Shown: positions 1 through 11,034, counted from the stretch's first letter. The stretch: 64,000 nucleotides of DNA from an uncultured Gemmatimonadaceae bacterium (GCA_963817955.1 CAWFQK010000002.1:576001-640000); one strand, 5' to 3'. Numbers and translations: made by a program. The notes: generated from the letters alone by a model not told the origin.

Positions 1-1
1 G

Positions 2-688
2 ACGCGCGGCGCCGATGCGCTGGCGGCACAACAGGCGCTGACGAAGAACGATCGGCTGATGAGCACCGCGGCAGATTGGGTTCCGGCCATGCGCGACGCC
101 AACGACGACGCCATCGTGCTCATTGCTGCAGAACGAGATAGCGTGTACGAAGGCACCGGGTTCAGCGTGAATGCGGCGGGACTGATCGTCACGAATCGCC
201 ACGTGGTGAGCGACGGCGCGCGACGCGCGACGCGCATTTTCGTGAAGTTCGCGAACACCTCGCAGTGGCGCCGCGCGCATGTGGTGCAGATCGCCAGTGG
301 TGCGGACGACGACCTGGCGCTCATTCAGATGGACGAAGCCGGAAGGTATCCTGCGGTGCATGGCATCGCGGACACCGTCGACGAAGCGGTCGGCGCTACG
401 ATCGCGAGCCTCGGATTCCCGTTCGGCACCGAGATCCCCATGGAAGGCGCGGGCAATGACGAAATCGCGAAGACTTCATTGACGGTGGGATCGGTGAGCA
501 AGACGGTGACTGGTCTCCTCCAGATCGATTCTTTCGCGTCGCGCGGCTCGAGCGGCAGTCCAGTGTTCGACGCACACGGTCATGTGATCGGCGCGGTCTG
601 GGGCGGACCGAAGGGCGCGGAGGGACGCATCGTCTTCGCCGTGCCGGCGGACCGCATCTCGGAGCTGGTCAAGAGCGCCGCGCAGTGA
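2..688 (+). CDS. Trypsin-like (S1C) serine protease domain protein, 5'-truncated by window edge
   Basis: GTGF, VTNRHVV, DLALI and GSSGSP motifs; frame is open from position 2. Confidence 0.85.
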   Translation, partial: TRGADALAAQQALTKNDRLMSTAADWVPAMRDANDDAIVLIAAERDSVYEGTGFSVNAAGLIVTNRHVVSDGARRATRIFVKFANTSQWRRAHVVQIASGADDDLALIQMDEAGRYPAVHGIADTVDEAVGATIASLGFPFGTEIPMEGAGNDEIAKTSLTVGSVSKTVTGLLQIDSFASRGSSGSPVFDAHGHVIGAVWGGPKGAEGRIVFAVPADRISELVKSAAQ

Positions 689-1569
689 ATCCTTTCGAGA
701 CGCTGCGCGCGCGGGGGCTGTTGGTGCAGTGTCTTGTCGGCGGCGTCATCGCCATCGCGCTCGGCGCGCTTGCGTTCGGCCAAACCAGCATGCGTAGCAA
801 CCAGGGCGTCGCGTTCGCGCTCTTCTATTTCGGCATGGGGCTCGTGCTGCTGGTCCGCGTCGAGAACGCAGGTCTGGATACGTCGCGCCTGTTCGGCGCC
901 GCGCCGGGGCTGCAGACGTTGCGCCTGGCGACCGTCGCGCTGCCGCTTGCCATACTCTCGATCGCCGGCTTCTGGCTGCTCTTTCTGCCGCTCTCGTTCG
1001 CCGCACCCGAGTTCGTGCGACACTGGGCGCTGGAGAGCCAGCAGCAGCAGCCGATGACGAACATGTCGCAATGGCTGTCGATGACGTTCGTCGCCGTCGT
1101 CGCCGCGCCGCTGGTGGAAGAGGTACTGTTTCGTGGTCTGCTGCTGCAGCGCTGGTCGCTCAAATGGGGAACGCCAACGGCCGTGGTAGCCACCTCGGCG
1201 CTCTTCGCCGTGGGACATGTCGAGCTGCTCGGCCACTTTCTGTTCGGCGTCGTGATGTGTGCGCTGTATCTACGCACCAAGAGCCTGTGGGTGCCGATCG
1301 TGACGCACGCATCGAACAACCTCCTGGCATCGTTGTCCATGCTACCATCGGCAATCACCCATAAACCGGACACCGAACGCATGACCCTCGCAGGGTTTCG
1401 CTCGCAGTGGTGGGCGGGATTAGCGATGCTCGCAGTGGGAGCGGTGCTGTTGGAGTCGTACCGGAGGAGCCAGTGGAAAGGGGTGGATTTACGGAAGCTG
1501 TTTCGAGGGCCGACACCGTACCTCGAAGCTGAGGCGAGCCCAAGCGATCGGGACGGCGCCGTTCGATAG
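685..1569 (+). CDS. CPBP (CAAX/Abi) intramembrane metalloprotease
   Basis: Multiple TM segments, EEVLFRG, FAVGH and HASNN motifs; GTGA overlap with upstream gene. Confidence 0.9.
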   Translation: MNPFETLRARGLLVQCLVGGVIAIALGALAFGQTSMRSNQGVAFALFYFGMGLVLLVRVENAGLDTSRLFGAAPGLQTLRLATVALPLAILSIAGFWLLFLPLSFAAPEFVRHWALESQQQQPMTNMSQWLSMTFVAVVAAPLVEEVLFRGLLLQRWSLKWGTPTAVVATSALFAVGHVELLGHFLFGVVMCALYLRTKSLWVPIVTHASNNLLASLSMLPSAITHKPDTERMTLAGFRSQWWAGLAMLAVGAVLLESYRRSQWKGVDLRKLFRGPTPYLEAEASPSDRDGAVR

Positions 1570-1588
1570 CCCAACCCCGTGTCGCCGA

Positions 1589-2713
1589 TTACGCTGGCGT
1601 GAGTTTGCCCAACACGCGAGGTCCGCGCGCTCCGGTTGCTCTCGGAACGTTTCCAGCCTGGGCCGTCACGTGCAGGTGTGCCAGCAACGCGAACGCGACC
1701 GCCTCTTTTGCCTCGCCGTCGAAGAACCGCTCGGCAAAGCTGCGCACCGGTGCCTGGACCGACGCCTGCAGCATGTGAACGAGCGCCGGGTTCTTTGCGC
1801 CGCCGCCGGAGACGAGCACTTCGGTGATGGGCTCCGGGAGAAAGCGGCGATACGCATCGGCAATGCTGCGCGCGGTGAGCGACGTGGCCGTGGCAATGAT
1901 GTCCTCGGCGGTACACTCGGGCCGCAGGGCACGGCAGCGATCGACGAGGCGCGCAAGATACGCTGCGTCGAACAACTCGCGTCCGGTGGACTTGGGCGGA
2001 TCGGCCGCGAAGTAGGGGTGCGCGAGCATCTCATCGACGACGCCCTCGATCACCTGCCCGTCCCTGGCCCACCGCCCGTCGCGATCATACGATGCACCAG
2101 GAATGAGCATTCTCACAACGCCGTCCAGCACCGCCACGCCAGGTCCGGTGTCGAACGCACGCACGCCGTCGAGCCGGCCGCCGGGGGGAACAACGGTGAC
2201 GTTGCCGATACCGCCGATGTTCTGCAACGCGCGCCAGTGGTCGCCGGCAAAGAGCAGGGCGTCGGCGACCGGCACGAGCGGCGCGCCCTGACCCCCGGCC
2301 GCGACATCACGCACGCGGAAGTCGCTCACGACGTCGATGCCGGTGCGCTCGGCAATCACGGCCGCCTCGCCAAGCTGCCACGTGGAATGTGGCGGCTCGT
2401 GCCAGATCGTCTGACCGTGCGAGCCAATGGCGCGGACGTCGCCGCGCGGAACGCCCGCTTCGGCCAGCACCGCGACGGCCGCGTCGGCCAGCCAGCCGCC
2501 GACGTCGAAGGCGAGACGACAATATTCCTGAGCGGTGCCGGAGACCAAGGCACCACCCAACCGATCACGTTGTGCGGCGGTGTACGTGGTGCCGGCGAAC
2601 GCGAGCAACTCGGTGTCGAGGCGGCCATCGTCGTCGTGCGGCGTGAAGCGCACGGCGGCGGCAGAGATGCCATCGAGCGACGTGCCCGACATCAAACCGA
2701 GATAGATGCTCAC
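1589..2713 (-). CDS. anmK: Anhydro-N-acetylmuramic acid kinase
   Basis: GLMSGTSLDG, GSHGQT, GGQGAPLVP, NIGGIGN, PPKSTGRE, KEAVAFA; GTG at 2713 overlaps murQ stop. Confidence 0.95.
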   Translation of the reverse strand: MSIYLGLMSGTSLDGISAAAVRFTPHDDDGRLDTELLAFAGTTYTAAQRDRLGGALVSGTAQEYCRLAFDVGGWLADAAVAVLAEAGVPRGDVRAIGSHGQTIWHEPPHSTWQLGEAAVIAERTGIDVVSDFRVRDVAAGGQGAPLVPVADALLFAGDHWRALQNIGGIGNVTVVPPGGRLDGVRAFDTGPGVAVLDGVVRMLIPGASYDRDGRWARDGQVIEGVVDEMLAHPYFAADPPKSTGRELFDAAYLARLVDRCRALRPECTAEDIIATATSLTARSIADAYRRFLPEPITEVLVSGGGAKNPALVHMLQASVQAPVRSFAERFFDGEAKEAVAFALLAHLHVTAQAGNVPRATGARGPRVLGKLTPA

Positions 2714-3633
2714 TCGTACCGAACCGGCGGCGGCGCACGGTTGACGACGCGGCGAATCACGCCGCCCGCGTCTTCGAGCTCGCGCTCGGCCTCGGCACGT
2801 GTCGCCTGCTGGAAAGACATGACGATGGCCGTCTTCACCACGCCGCCGCTCTGCTCCAGCAGCTCGCGAGCTCGTGAGCGATCGACCTCGCACACTTCCA
2901 TGATGATTCTCTCACTGCGGTCGCGCAGCTTGTCGTTGGAGGCGCGCAGATCCACCATGAGATTGCCGAACGTCTTCCCGAGCCGGATCATGGCGCCCGT
3001 CGTGATCATATTGAGGACGAGCTTGGTCGCGGTGCCGGCCTTCATGCGAGTCGAGCCGGTCACGACTTCCGGTCCGGTGAGCGGCAGGATGAGGATGTCG
3101 ACGACGGCAAGGGTTTCGGGGGGCGGCGGCGAGCAGGCCACGAGCCCGGTGGCGGCGCCGACGCTCCGCGCATAGGCGAGCGCGTGGCGCACGTACGGGG
3201 TCGTGCCCGACGCAGCAATGCCGATCACGAAGTCGCCGGCACGCACGCCGTGCGCCGTCAGATCCTCCGCGGCGCCCTCGAGTCGGTCTTCGGCGCCTTC
3301 CTGCGACTGGGTGAGCGCCTTGAATCCGCCGGCGATGATCCCCTGCACCATCTCGGGATCGGTGCCATAGGTGGGGGGACACTCGGACGCATCGAGCACG
3401 CCGAGCCGACCGGAAGTGCCGGCGCCGACATAGAAGAGCCGGCCGCCCGCGCGAAAGGTGGACTCGGCTTGCTCAATGGCGCGAGCGATCGGTTCCCGTT
3501 GCGACGCCACGGCGTCGGGAACGGAATGATCCTCGGCGTTTATGAGATCAACGATCTCGAGTGGTGCCGCGAGATCGATGTCGGCGGTACGCGGGTTCCG
3601 GCGTTCGGTCAGCCGGGAATCAATGAAGGTCAT
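2710..3633 (-). CDS. murQ: N-acetylmuramic acid 6-phosphate etherase
   Basis: TERRNP, GAGTSGRLGVLDASECPPT, GPEVVTGSTRMKAGTA, NLMVD. Confidence 0.95.
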   Translation of the reverse strand: MTFIDSRLTERRNPRTADIDLAAPLEIVDLINAEDHSVPDAVASQREPIARAIEQAESTFRAGGRLFYVGAGTSGRLGVLDASECPPTYGTDPEMVQGIIAGGFKALTQSQEGAEDRLEGAAEDLTAHGVRAGDFVIGIAASGTTPYVRHALAYARSVGAATGLVACSPPPPETLAVVDILILPLTGPEVVTGSTRMKAGTATKLVLNMITTGAMIRLGKTFGNLMVDLRASNDKLRDRSERIIMEVCEVDRSRARELLEQSGGVVKTAIVMSFQQATRAEAERELEDAGGVIRRVVNRAPPPVRYE

Positions 3634-3688
3634 GTCGCTGGCTAACTTACGCGGGATCTGGCACAGCCCGCAACAATGGTGAGGTTGT

Positions 3689-4348
3689 ATGCGCCGTGGG
3701 ACCTTGTGCTCGATTGGACTGCTCGTCGCCATCGCGGGCGCCGCAGGCGCGCAGATGGGCCGCATGCCTCGCGGATACTCCTCGGGTCCGGATTATTGGG
3801 TGGGGTTGTCCTACGGCTACCTGGACGGCGTCACGCTGGAGAACCCGAACAGCACGTGGCAGTTCGGCTATTCGTCCCAGATCCGCGCGACCTTCGAGAA
3901 GACCGTGCAGCGCGGCGTCGGGATTGGCATAGCCGCAGGATTTGCCACCGCACCGCTCACGTACAGCAACTATCTGCCGGGTGCTTTCAACTCGGCCTGC
4001 CCGGGCGTCTGCCAGGCCAATGGCGACATTACCCAGGCAATGGCGTTCGTACATTCCGGTGGCGGTGTCGGGTTTCACGGCATGTACAATCTGGAGGCGG
4101 GCGTGACGGAGTTCTCCAACTTCCGTGAACAGTTCACTGGCGAAACGATCCAGACGGACTCACCGAACGGAACATATGACTTTACCTTCGGGCTCGGAGG
4201 CGGAGTTGGTTACGGCGTGTCGCCTCTGGCCGACATCTACGTCGGCGAGCAGATCGACTTCCTGCTGCACTCCGCGCCGCCAGGCGTGAACGCCCCGACG
4301 GCGCCGCGGTTCACGACGTTCAGGATTGGGTTTCGCTACGGCTTTTAG
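3689..4348 (+). CDS. Secreted outer-membrane beta-barrel-like hypothetical protein
   Basis: Signal peptide, Gly/aromatic-rich strands, C-terminal FRYGF; GAGG RBS. Confidence 0.65.
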   Translation: MRRGTLCSIGLLVAIAGAAGAQMGRMPRGYSSGPDYWVGLSYGYLDGVTLENPNSTWQFGYSSQIRATFEKTVQRGVGIGIAAGFATAPLTYSNYLPGAFNSACPGVCQANGDITQAMAFVHSGGGVGFHGMYNLEAGVTEFSNFREQFTGETIQTDSPNGTYDFTFGLGGGVGYGVSPLADIYVGEQIDFLLHSAPPGVNAPTAPRFTTFRIGFRYGF

Positions 4349-4388
4349 TCCCGTGTCCCGCGTCCCATGTCTCGTGTCCCATGTCTCA
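4349..4388. repeat. 7-bp tandem array (TCCCGTG/TCTCGTG type)
   Basis: tcccgtg tcccgcg tcccatg tctcgtg tcccatg fills the intergenic gap; same heptamer as in the larger repeats. Confidence 0.85.
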
Positions 4389-6167
4389 ATGAAATTCCTG
4401 CTGCTCTTCGCGGCGTTGCTCACCGCCTGTCACCAGCCGCAGCCCTCCGTCCGGCCTGGTGCAACGGACATCGGATTTCCCGCGTCGAGCGCGAGGGGAG
4501 TTGCGACGTACAATGGGGATCGTCGTGCACCCTCGTTCCCCGACGGGTGGCCATATAAGGCCGGACGCGCTGCGGTGTTCGGACAGCACGCGATGATCGC
4601 GGCCGACGCGCCGTTGGCGGGTGAGGCCGGCCTGGAGATTCTCAAGCGGGGCGGAAATGCAGTCGATGCGGCAGTGGCCGTGGGCTTTGCCATGGCCGTT
4701 GTCTATCCCGAGGCCGGAAACATTGGCGGCGGTGGCTACATGGTCATTCGCATGGCGGACGGACGCACCGCCGCGCTCGACTATCGCGAGATCGCCCCGC
4801 TCGCCGCCACGCGGAACATGTTTCTCGATAGTCAGGGCAACCTGACGGACAAGAGCGTCGTGGGACCGCTAGCGAGCGGCGTACCTGGCGCAGTCGCGGG
4901 ACTCACCGCAGCGTTGGCGAGGTACGGCACGATGTCCCTCCGCGACGTGATGACGCCCGCCATTCGTTATGCCGAGCAAGGCATTGTCGTGGACAGCGCG
5001 CTGGCCCGATCGTTCTCGAGCAACGCCAGGCTGATCGCGGAGTTCAACGGAGCGTCGCTCTTTCTGCCCGGGGGCAAGCCGCTCGGTGTCGGTTCGCGCC
5101 TGGTGCAGCCTGAGCTGGCGCTGACGCTACGGCGCATCGCCGAACAGGGGGCCGCCGGCTTCTACCGGGGCGAGACCGCGGGCCTGATCGCTGGCGAGAT
5201 GAAGCGCGACGGCGGCATCATCACCGAACAGGACCTCACGCGCTATCAACCCATCTGGCGTGACGCGGTGACGTCCACCTACCGAGGCTATACGCTGCTC
5301 ACCATGCCGCCGTCGTCCTCGGGCGGCGTGACGGTGACGGAGACGCTGAACATTCTCGAGGGATTCCGTTCGATGCCGGCGTTCGGCAGCACGGAGTACG
5401 CCCACTTGCTCGGCTCGGCATATCAGCGTGCGTTCATCGATCGCAACGAGAAACTCGCCGATCCGGCGTTCATCTCGGTACCGCTGCAGCAACTGACGAG
5501 TAAGTCATATGCAGCCACGCTGCGGGCGACGATCGGCCACACGCGGGCGACACCGACGCCAGCCGTGGCAAAGGCGATGCGCGAAGGCGTGCAGACGACG
5601 CACTACTCCGTCGCGGACGCCCAAGGCAACGCCGTCGCGACGACGACGACGCTGAATGCGCTCTACGGATCGGGCGTGTACGTACAGGGCGGCGGATTTT
5701 TCTTGAATGACGAGATGGACGACTTCGCCGCCGCACCGGGCAAGCCGAACATGTTCGGCTTGGTGCAAGGTGAGGCAAACGCGATCCAGCCGGGCAAGCG
5801 AATGCTGAGCGCCATGTCACCGACGATCGTCCTCGATCGTGACGGATCGCTGCTGCTCGTTGTCGGCAGCCGTGGCGGCCCGCGCATCATCACCAGCACG
5901 TCGCAGGTGATCCTCAACGTGCTCGATCAACAGATGATCCTATCCGACGCCGTGAGCGCGCCACGTGTCCACCATCAGGCGTTGCCCGATTCACTGCAGT
6001 TCGAGCGCGGTGGATTGCGGCCGGCGGTCGTCGACTCGCTACGCGCGATGGGCTATGGCGTGGAAGCGATCGGGGGCGTGGGACTCATCAACGCGGTGAT
6101 GCGGGTGCGCGGAGGATACGAGGGGATGTCCGATCCAAGGTCGTCTGGGCGACCGGTTGGGTACTGA
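4389..6167 (+). CDS. ggt: Gamma-glutamyltransferase, probable lipoprotein
   Basis: GGNAVDAAVA, DYRE, TTHYS nucleophile, NDEMDDF, PGKRMLSAMSPT; LTAC lipobox. Confidence 0.95.
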   Translation: MKFLLLFAALLTACHQPQPSVRPGATDIGFPASSARGVATYNGDRRAPSFPDGWPYKAGRAAVFGQHAMIAADAPLAGEAGLEILKRGGNAVDAAVAVGFAMAVVYPEAGNIGGGGYMVIRMADGRTAALDYREIAPLAATRNMFLDSQGNLTDKSVVGPLASGVPGAVAGLTAALARYGTMSLRDVMTPAIRYAEQGIVVDSALARSFSSNARLIAEFNGASLFLPGGKPLGVGSRLVQPELALTLRRIAEQGAAGFYRGETAGLIAGEMKRDGGIITEQDLTRYQPIWRDAVTSTYRGYTLLTMPPSSSGGVTVTETLNILEGFRSMPAFGSTEYAHLLGSAYQRAFIDRNEKLADPAFISVPLQQLTSKSYAATLRATIGHTRATPTPAVAKAMREGVQTTHYSVADAQGNAVATTTTLNALYGSGVYVQGGGFFLNDEMDDFAAAPGKPNMFGLVQGEANAIQPGKRMLSAMSPTIVLDRDGSLLLVVGSRGGPRIITSTSQVILNVLDQQMILSDAVSAPRVHHQALPDSLQFERGGLRPAVVDSLRAMGYGVEAIGGVGLINAVMRVRGGYEGMSDPRSSGRPVGY

Positions 6168-6174
6168 TTGCCTC

Positions 6175-6341
6175 ACACAGGTCAGTTGAGACGGAGTCGG
6201 ATTGGACTCCGTGTTCTGACCGGCGGGATGTCGCTGGCTGCTCCGTAGCGGTCGGCCCACCGGTCGGCGAGTTTCGAGTTTCCAGTTCTGAGTTGTGCGT
6301 TGCGAGTTTCTCGTGTCTCGTGTCTCGTGTCCCGTGTCCCG
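6175..6341. repeat. Composite dispersed repeat copy 1 (hairpin + GTAG-type REP + heptamer tail)
   Basis: Near-identical to 16791-16935 from GGATGTCGCTGGCTGCTCCGTAG onward; 5' hairpin similar to 16655-16702. Confidence 0.9.
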
Positions 6342-7226
6342 CTACGCTTTGACGGTTGCCGCCGACGTCAACTTGACCACGATGCTTCCGCCCGCCGGGA
6401 TGCAGCCCTGATAGTTCGCGGTCGCGGCTGCCGTCGCGGCCCCTGCTGCCGCACCAGCAGCGCCGCCGATGACAGTGGCCTTGGTGCTCTTGCCAAAAAT
6501 ACGTCCGGCAATCGCCCCCGCGGCTGCACCAATCGCGACTTTTTGTACATCCTTCGACTGCGGCTGATCCCTGATGCGATCCACCGATGCCGACGTCACG
6601 GTCGCTTCGATTGGATAGGTGTGACCGGCAAAGCTCACCGAGTTCACGGCGAACTCCATGATGACCGGATCGTTCGCGTTTTCACTCCGCTTGAGACGTG
6701 TCACGGTCAGATTCACCGTCGCGCCCGCAGGAATCATTGCGCCGTTCGATCCGGAGACGCTGTTTTCGACCGTTGCCGTCACGTGGTCGCCGACGCTGTT
6801 CGTGTTCGTGCAGATACGCGACCCGGCTTGCGTGGTGAGCGTGGTGCCCGCGGCGATCATGCCGACGGCGCCGCCGCCCGAGCTAGGGGCTGTCGTCACG
6901 ACGTTGCCGCCGGGTGTCGTCGCTGCGCTCGGCGCAGCCGGACGCGGAGCAGGCACAACGGGGCGAGGTGTGCGCCGCGGCTCGGCGCGGGGTTCGGCGC
7001 GCCTCGTCGTGGGTGCTGGACTCACTGGTGCGTTGGGCGGGACGTCCTTGAGCTGTGGCTGCACTGTGGTGTCGCGTCCAGCGAGTGCGAGATCTCGGTT
7101 CAGCGTCGTGTCCGCGCTGAGCGCCGCGCTGTCGGGTCCCTTCTTGGCATCGGACCGGCACGCACCGAGCAGGGTCACGACGACCAAGGCAATCGGCGCT
7201 CCGAAGCGACGGGTATATTTCGACAT
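6342..7226 (-). CDS. Lipoprotein with Pro-rich linker and C-terminal glycine zipper
   Basis: LGAC lipobox; GAAAGAIAG...GGAAGAAAGA; AGGAGGA 6 nt before ATG 7226. Confidence 0.75.
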   Translation of the reverse strand: MSKYTRRFGAPIALVVVTLLGACRSDAKKGPDSAALSADTTLNRDLALAGRDTTVQPQLKDVPPNAPVSPAPTTRRAEPRAEPRRTPRPVVPAPRPAAPSAATTPGGNVVTTAPSSGGGAVGMIAAGTTLTTQAGSRICTNTNSVGDHVTATVENSVSGSNGAMIPAGATVNLTVTRLKRSENANDPVIMEFAVNSVSFAGHTYPIEATVTSASVDRIRDQPQSKDVQKVAIGAAAGAIAGRIFGKSTKATVIGGAAGAAAGAATAAATANYQGCIPAGGSIVVKLTSAATVKA

Positions 7227-7254
7227 GGGCATTCCTCCTGGAGTGAGCTAAGAC

Positions 7255-9075
7255 GTGGCAAGGCATGTGCCAAGCTTGAGCTCCCTTCGACGTCTGATCC
7301 CGTATTACCGGCCATACCGCCGGAATGTTGCATTGGGATTGCTGGTCGTGGTCGCCGCGTCAGCGTTCTCGAGCATCGTGCCGTGGTTTCTACGGCGAGC
7401 ACTCGACGAAATTCGTGCGGGGGCTCCACTACAATCTATCTGGTTGCTCGCCGCTGCAATGATCGGTGTGTCCGTGATCGGCGGCGTCGGACGTTTCTGG
7501 ATGCGTCTGCTCTTGAACACCGTGAGCCGCTGGATGGAATACGATCTGCGCAATGATCTATTCGCCCGGCTCGAGGTAGTGGATGCGACGTACTATTCCG
7601 GTATTCGCACCGGAGATCTCATGGCGCGTTTGACGAACGACCTGAGCGCGGTGCGCATGGCCGCAGGACCCGCGATCATGTATCTCATGAACACCATTGC
7701 CGGCGGCGCATTCGCGCTGGCGTTCATGATCAGCATATCACCGCGCCTCACCCTCATTGCCGCGCTGCCGATGGCACTGCTGCCGGTGCTCGGCATCCTC
7801 CTTGGCCGCCGCATTCACATGCGGTTCGAGGACGTGCAGGCGCACTTCAGCGATCTGACGACGCTTGCGCAAGAGAATCTGGCCGGCGTGCGCATCGTGC
7901 GTGCCTTCCGGCAGGAGCAGGCGGAGATTGGACTGTTCGAGAAGCTGAACGAAGGCTATCTCGAAAAGAACATGAAACTCGCGCAGCTCTATGGCATCAT
8001 GCAGCCGGGCTTCTCGATCTTCGCGGGACTCGGCATGGTCGCCGTGCTCTGGGTGGGCGGCGCGTTCGTGGTGCGCGGCACGATCAGCATCGGCAGCTTC
8101 GTCGCGTTCGGCATGTATCTCGGCATGTTGACGTGGCCCCTCATCGCGCTCGGTTGGGTCATCAATCTCTTTCAGCGCGGCGCGGCCTCGATGACGCGCC
8201 TGCTGGCGATTCTCGATGCGCGCTCGCAGTTGGCCCAGCCGTCAACACCCCGCGAGCTGCCGCCCGCGTCAGCCGGACGCTCATTGGAGTTCCGTAACGT
8301 CGGCTTTCACTACCCGACTGAACGCGATGGCGCGCCGCGCTGGGTGCTGCGGAACATCAGTTTCATTGCGCCGGCGGGCGCAACCATTGGAGTGGTCGGC
8401 GCAACGGCGAGCGGCAAGAGCGCGTTGATGGATCTGGTACCTCGATTGTTCGATCCACAGGAGGGCGAGATCTTGCTCGACGGAATACCAATCCGTGACC
8501 TGGATCTGGCAACGCTGCGACGTGAAATCGGATATGTCCCGCAAGAGAGCTTCCTGTTCAGCGACACGATCGGCAGCAACCTGGTGTACGGCACGTCGGA
8601 CGAGGACGCCGGCCAATGGGCGGCCCGCATCGCTCAACTTTCGGAGACCATCGAAAAATTCCCTGGAGGCTACGACACGCTGCTCGGTGAACGGGGGATC
8701 AATTTGTCCGGCGGACAGAAGCAGCGGGCGGCGTTGGCCCGCGCACTGGCCCGCCGACCGAGCATCGTACTGCTCGACGACGCGCTGTCGGCGGTGGACA
8801 CGCACACCGAGGCGGAGATCCTCCGTTCTTTGCACGAGGCGCTGAGCGGGCGGACGGCGCTCATCGCATCGCACCGGGTGAGCGCCATTCGCGACGCGAC
8901 GGGGATCATTGTGCTCGACCACGGGCGCATCGTGGAGCAGGGCCGGCACGCCGACCTCCTGGCGGCGGGTGGGCGGTATTGGGCGCTCCTGAGCCGGCAG
9001 CAGCTCGAGGAGTCGATCGAAGCGGAGAATGGTGAGTTGCCAGAGGCAAATACAGAGGATATCATCAACGCATGA
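7255..9075 (+). CDS. ABC exporter, fused permease/ATPase (MdlA/MsbA-like)
   Basis: TM domain, Walker [27 protein letters not shown]; start uncertain. Confidence 0.92.
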   Translation: MARHVPSLSSLRRLIPYYRPYRRNVALGLLVVVAASAFSSIVPWFLRRALDEIRAGAPLQSIWLLAAAMIGVSVIGGVGRFWMRLLLNTVSRWMEYDLRNDLFARLEVVDATYYSGIRTGDLMARLTNDLSAVRMAAGPAIMYLMNTIAGGAFALAFMISISPRLTLIAALPMALLPVLGILLGRRIHMRFEDVQAHFSDLTTLAQENLAGVRIVRAFRQEQAEIGLFEKLNEGYLEKNMKLAQLYGIMQPGFSIFAGLGMVAVLWVGGAFVVRGTISIGSFVAFGMYLGMLTWPLIALGWVINLFQRGAASMTRLLAILDARSQLAQPSTPRELPPASAGRSLEFRNVGFHYPTERDGAPRWVLRNISFIAPAGATIGVVGATASGKSALMDLVPRLFDPQEGEILLDGIPIRDLDLATLRREIGYVPQESFLFSDTIGSNLVYGTSDEDAGQWAARIAQLSETIEKFPGGYDTLLGERGINLSGGQKQRAALARALARRPSIVLLDDALSAVDTHTEAEILRSLHEALSGRTALIASHRVSAIRDATGIIVLDHGRIVEQGRHADLLAAGGRYWALLSRQQLEESIEAENGELPEANTEDIINA

Positions 9076-9902
9076 GCCGGGTCGAGAGCATCACTGAACC
9101 GCGGGTTCTGGACGTCAGCACTTCCGACACTCGTGTCGCCGTCCTTCAGGCGCATCTGAACGAGGCAATCGTCGAAATTGCCGAACTGCGAGCGCGCGAC
9201 GCGCTGAAGACGCAGTTTCTGGCCAACATCTCGCACGATCTGCGCACGCCGCTCACTGCGGTGATCACCCATGCCGAGATCCTGCGGGACGGAATTCTCG
9301 GCGACCTGTCACCACGGCAGCTCGACAGCGTGCGCGGCATCATCAGCGGCGGCCGGCAACTGCTCAATCAGGTGGGCGAGATCCTCACCTACGCGCGCGG
9401 TGCGGCAGATCAGCTCACGCTCGTGTCGTCGCGCTTTCCAATTCGCGACGTGCTCGAGCAGGTGAGCGACCTGAACGAGTCCTTGCTCAAAAAGAAACGG
9501 ATCACCTTGTCCGTGGATGCAGCCGGCGCCCCGGCGCTCGTCACGGCGGACCGCGAGAAGATCACCCATGTCGTCGGCAACCTGCTCGGCAATGCCATCG
9601 AGTTTACGCCGGCGGGCGGTACAGTGTGGCTGCGGGCGTCAGTGCCGGAGGATTCGCCCAGCGTGGTGTTGGTTGAGGTGGGCGACTCCGGGGTGGGCAT
9701 CGCGATCGAGCATCACGATCTGATCTTCCGCGAATTCGCCCAGGTAGACTCGACGCCATCGCGCCCGCACCACGGCACCGGGTTGGGCCTGACGATTGCG
9801 CGCAAGCTCGTCGAACTACATGGCGGTCGCATCTGGGTAGAGAGCCAGCTCGGAACGGGCAGCCGCTTCTACTTCACGATTCCCATTGAGCAAGCTGAGT
9901 GA
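9072..9902 (+). CDS. Histidine kinase (HisKA + HATPase) with no obvious sensor domain
   Basis: [34 protein letters not shown]. Confidence 0.9.
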   Translation: MSRVESITEPRVLDVSTSDTRVAVLQAHLNEAIVEIAELRARDALKTQFLANISHDLRTPLTAVITHAEILRDGILGDLSPRQLDSVRGIISGGRQLLNQVGEILTYARGAADQLTLVSSRFPIRDVLEQVSDLNESLLKKKRITLSVDAAGAPALVTADREKITHVVGNLLGNAIEFTPAGGTVWLRASVPEDSPSVVLVEVGDSGVGIAIEHHDLIFREFAQVDSTPSRPHHGTGLGLTIARKLVELHGGRIWVESQLGTGSRFYFTIPIEQAE

Positions 9903-10275
9903 CACCGCCGCGTCGGTGATTCAATGGCACGTCCTCGTCATTGAGGACAACGAAATCGTGGCGGACGCCATGCGGATTCTTTTTGAGAGCGCCGGCTACC
10001 GCGTCTCCACTACCGGTACGATCGCCGAGTCACTCGGCGTCGTGCGGTCGGACCCAGCGGATCTCGTGCTGCTCGACCTCACCTTGCCCGACGGCGACGG
10101 CCTGACGTTGATAGAGCCGCTGAAAGTTGCGGGGTGCAGGACCGTCGTTGCGCTCACCGGTCACGGTGAACCCGAGATCCGGCGCCGGTGTCTGGATGCG
10201 GGGTGCACCGAGTTATTCGTGAAGCCCGTGCCGGTGAGAGAACTGCTGGCGAAGAGCGCGGGGTGGCTACGATGA
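9886..10275 (+). CDS. Single-domain response regulator
   Basis: [23 protein letters not shown] motifs. Confidence 0.9.
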   Translation: MSKLSDTAASVIQWHVLVIEDNEIVADAMRILFESAGYRVSTTGTIAESLGVVRSDPADLVLLDLTLPDGDGLTLIEPLKVAGCRTVVALTGHGEPEIRRRCLDAGCTELFVKPVPVRELLAKSAGWLR

Positions 10276-10305
10276 GGTGGTTGACACCATGATGCGTCTC
10301 GCGTG

Positions 10306-11034
10306 CTACAGCCAATTCCTCAACCCTGCCGGCGTCCACGCCTGAAGGACATTCGTGATCACCGTCAGATAATCGGTGATCATCAGCACGGCCACGATCA
10401 CCAGAATGGCGCCGGCGAAGCGGTTGATCCAGACCATCTTCGACCGAATGACCTGGAACGCGGTCAGAAAATGTTCGATCGCCACAGCGGCGATCACGAA
10501 GGGCACCGCCAGTCCGAGCGAATAGGCGCCAAGCAGGATGACGCCGCGCGAAAGATCGGCCTGAGTTGCCGCATACGTCAGGATGCTGCCCAGAATGGGG
10601 CCGATGCACGGCGTCCACCCTGCACCGAACGCTACGCCCACGGCAACCGTGCCCAGGTATCCGAGGGGCTTGTTGGTGACGTGGTATCTGCGTTCGCGCC
10701 CGAAAGCCCCTAGGTTGAAGACACCTAGCAGATAGAGGCCGAACGCCAGCACCAGCACGCCGCCCACGCGGCTGATCCATACCCGGTAGGTCACCAGCAA
10801 CCGGCCGAGGAGCGTCGCCGATGCACCCAGGGCGAGGAAGATGAGCGAGAAGCCGAGCACGAAGAGCAACGCGTGCACGAGCGCGACGCGGCGTTCACGC
10901 TGCACGTCGTCGAGCGTCATCCCCGTTATGAACGTGATATAGCTCGGGATGAGCGGAAGCACACAGGGCGACAGGAAACTCGCGAGCCCCGCGCCAAAGG
11001 CGATGGGGATGGCGATGCCTGAAGCAGGAGGCAG
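10306..11034 (-). CDS. ccdA: Cytochrome c biogenesis thiol-disulfide transporter CcdA (start uncertain, probably non-canonical)
   Basis: AFGAGLASFLSPCVLPLIP (partly upstream of first GTG at 10962) and GWTPCIGPIL. Confidence 0.85.
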   Translation of the reverse strand: MPPASGIAIPIAFGAGLASFLSPCVLPLIPSYITFITGMTLDDVQRERRVALVHALLFVLGFSLIFLALGASATLLGRLLVTYRVWISRVGGVLVLAFGLYLLGVFNLGAFGRERRYHVTNKPLGYLGTVAVGVAFGAGWTPCIGPILGSILTYAATQADLSRGVILLGAYSLGLAVPFVIAAVAIEHFLTAFQVIRSKMVWINRFAGAILVIVAVLMITDYLTVITNVLQAWTPAGLRNWL

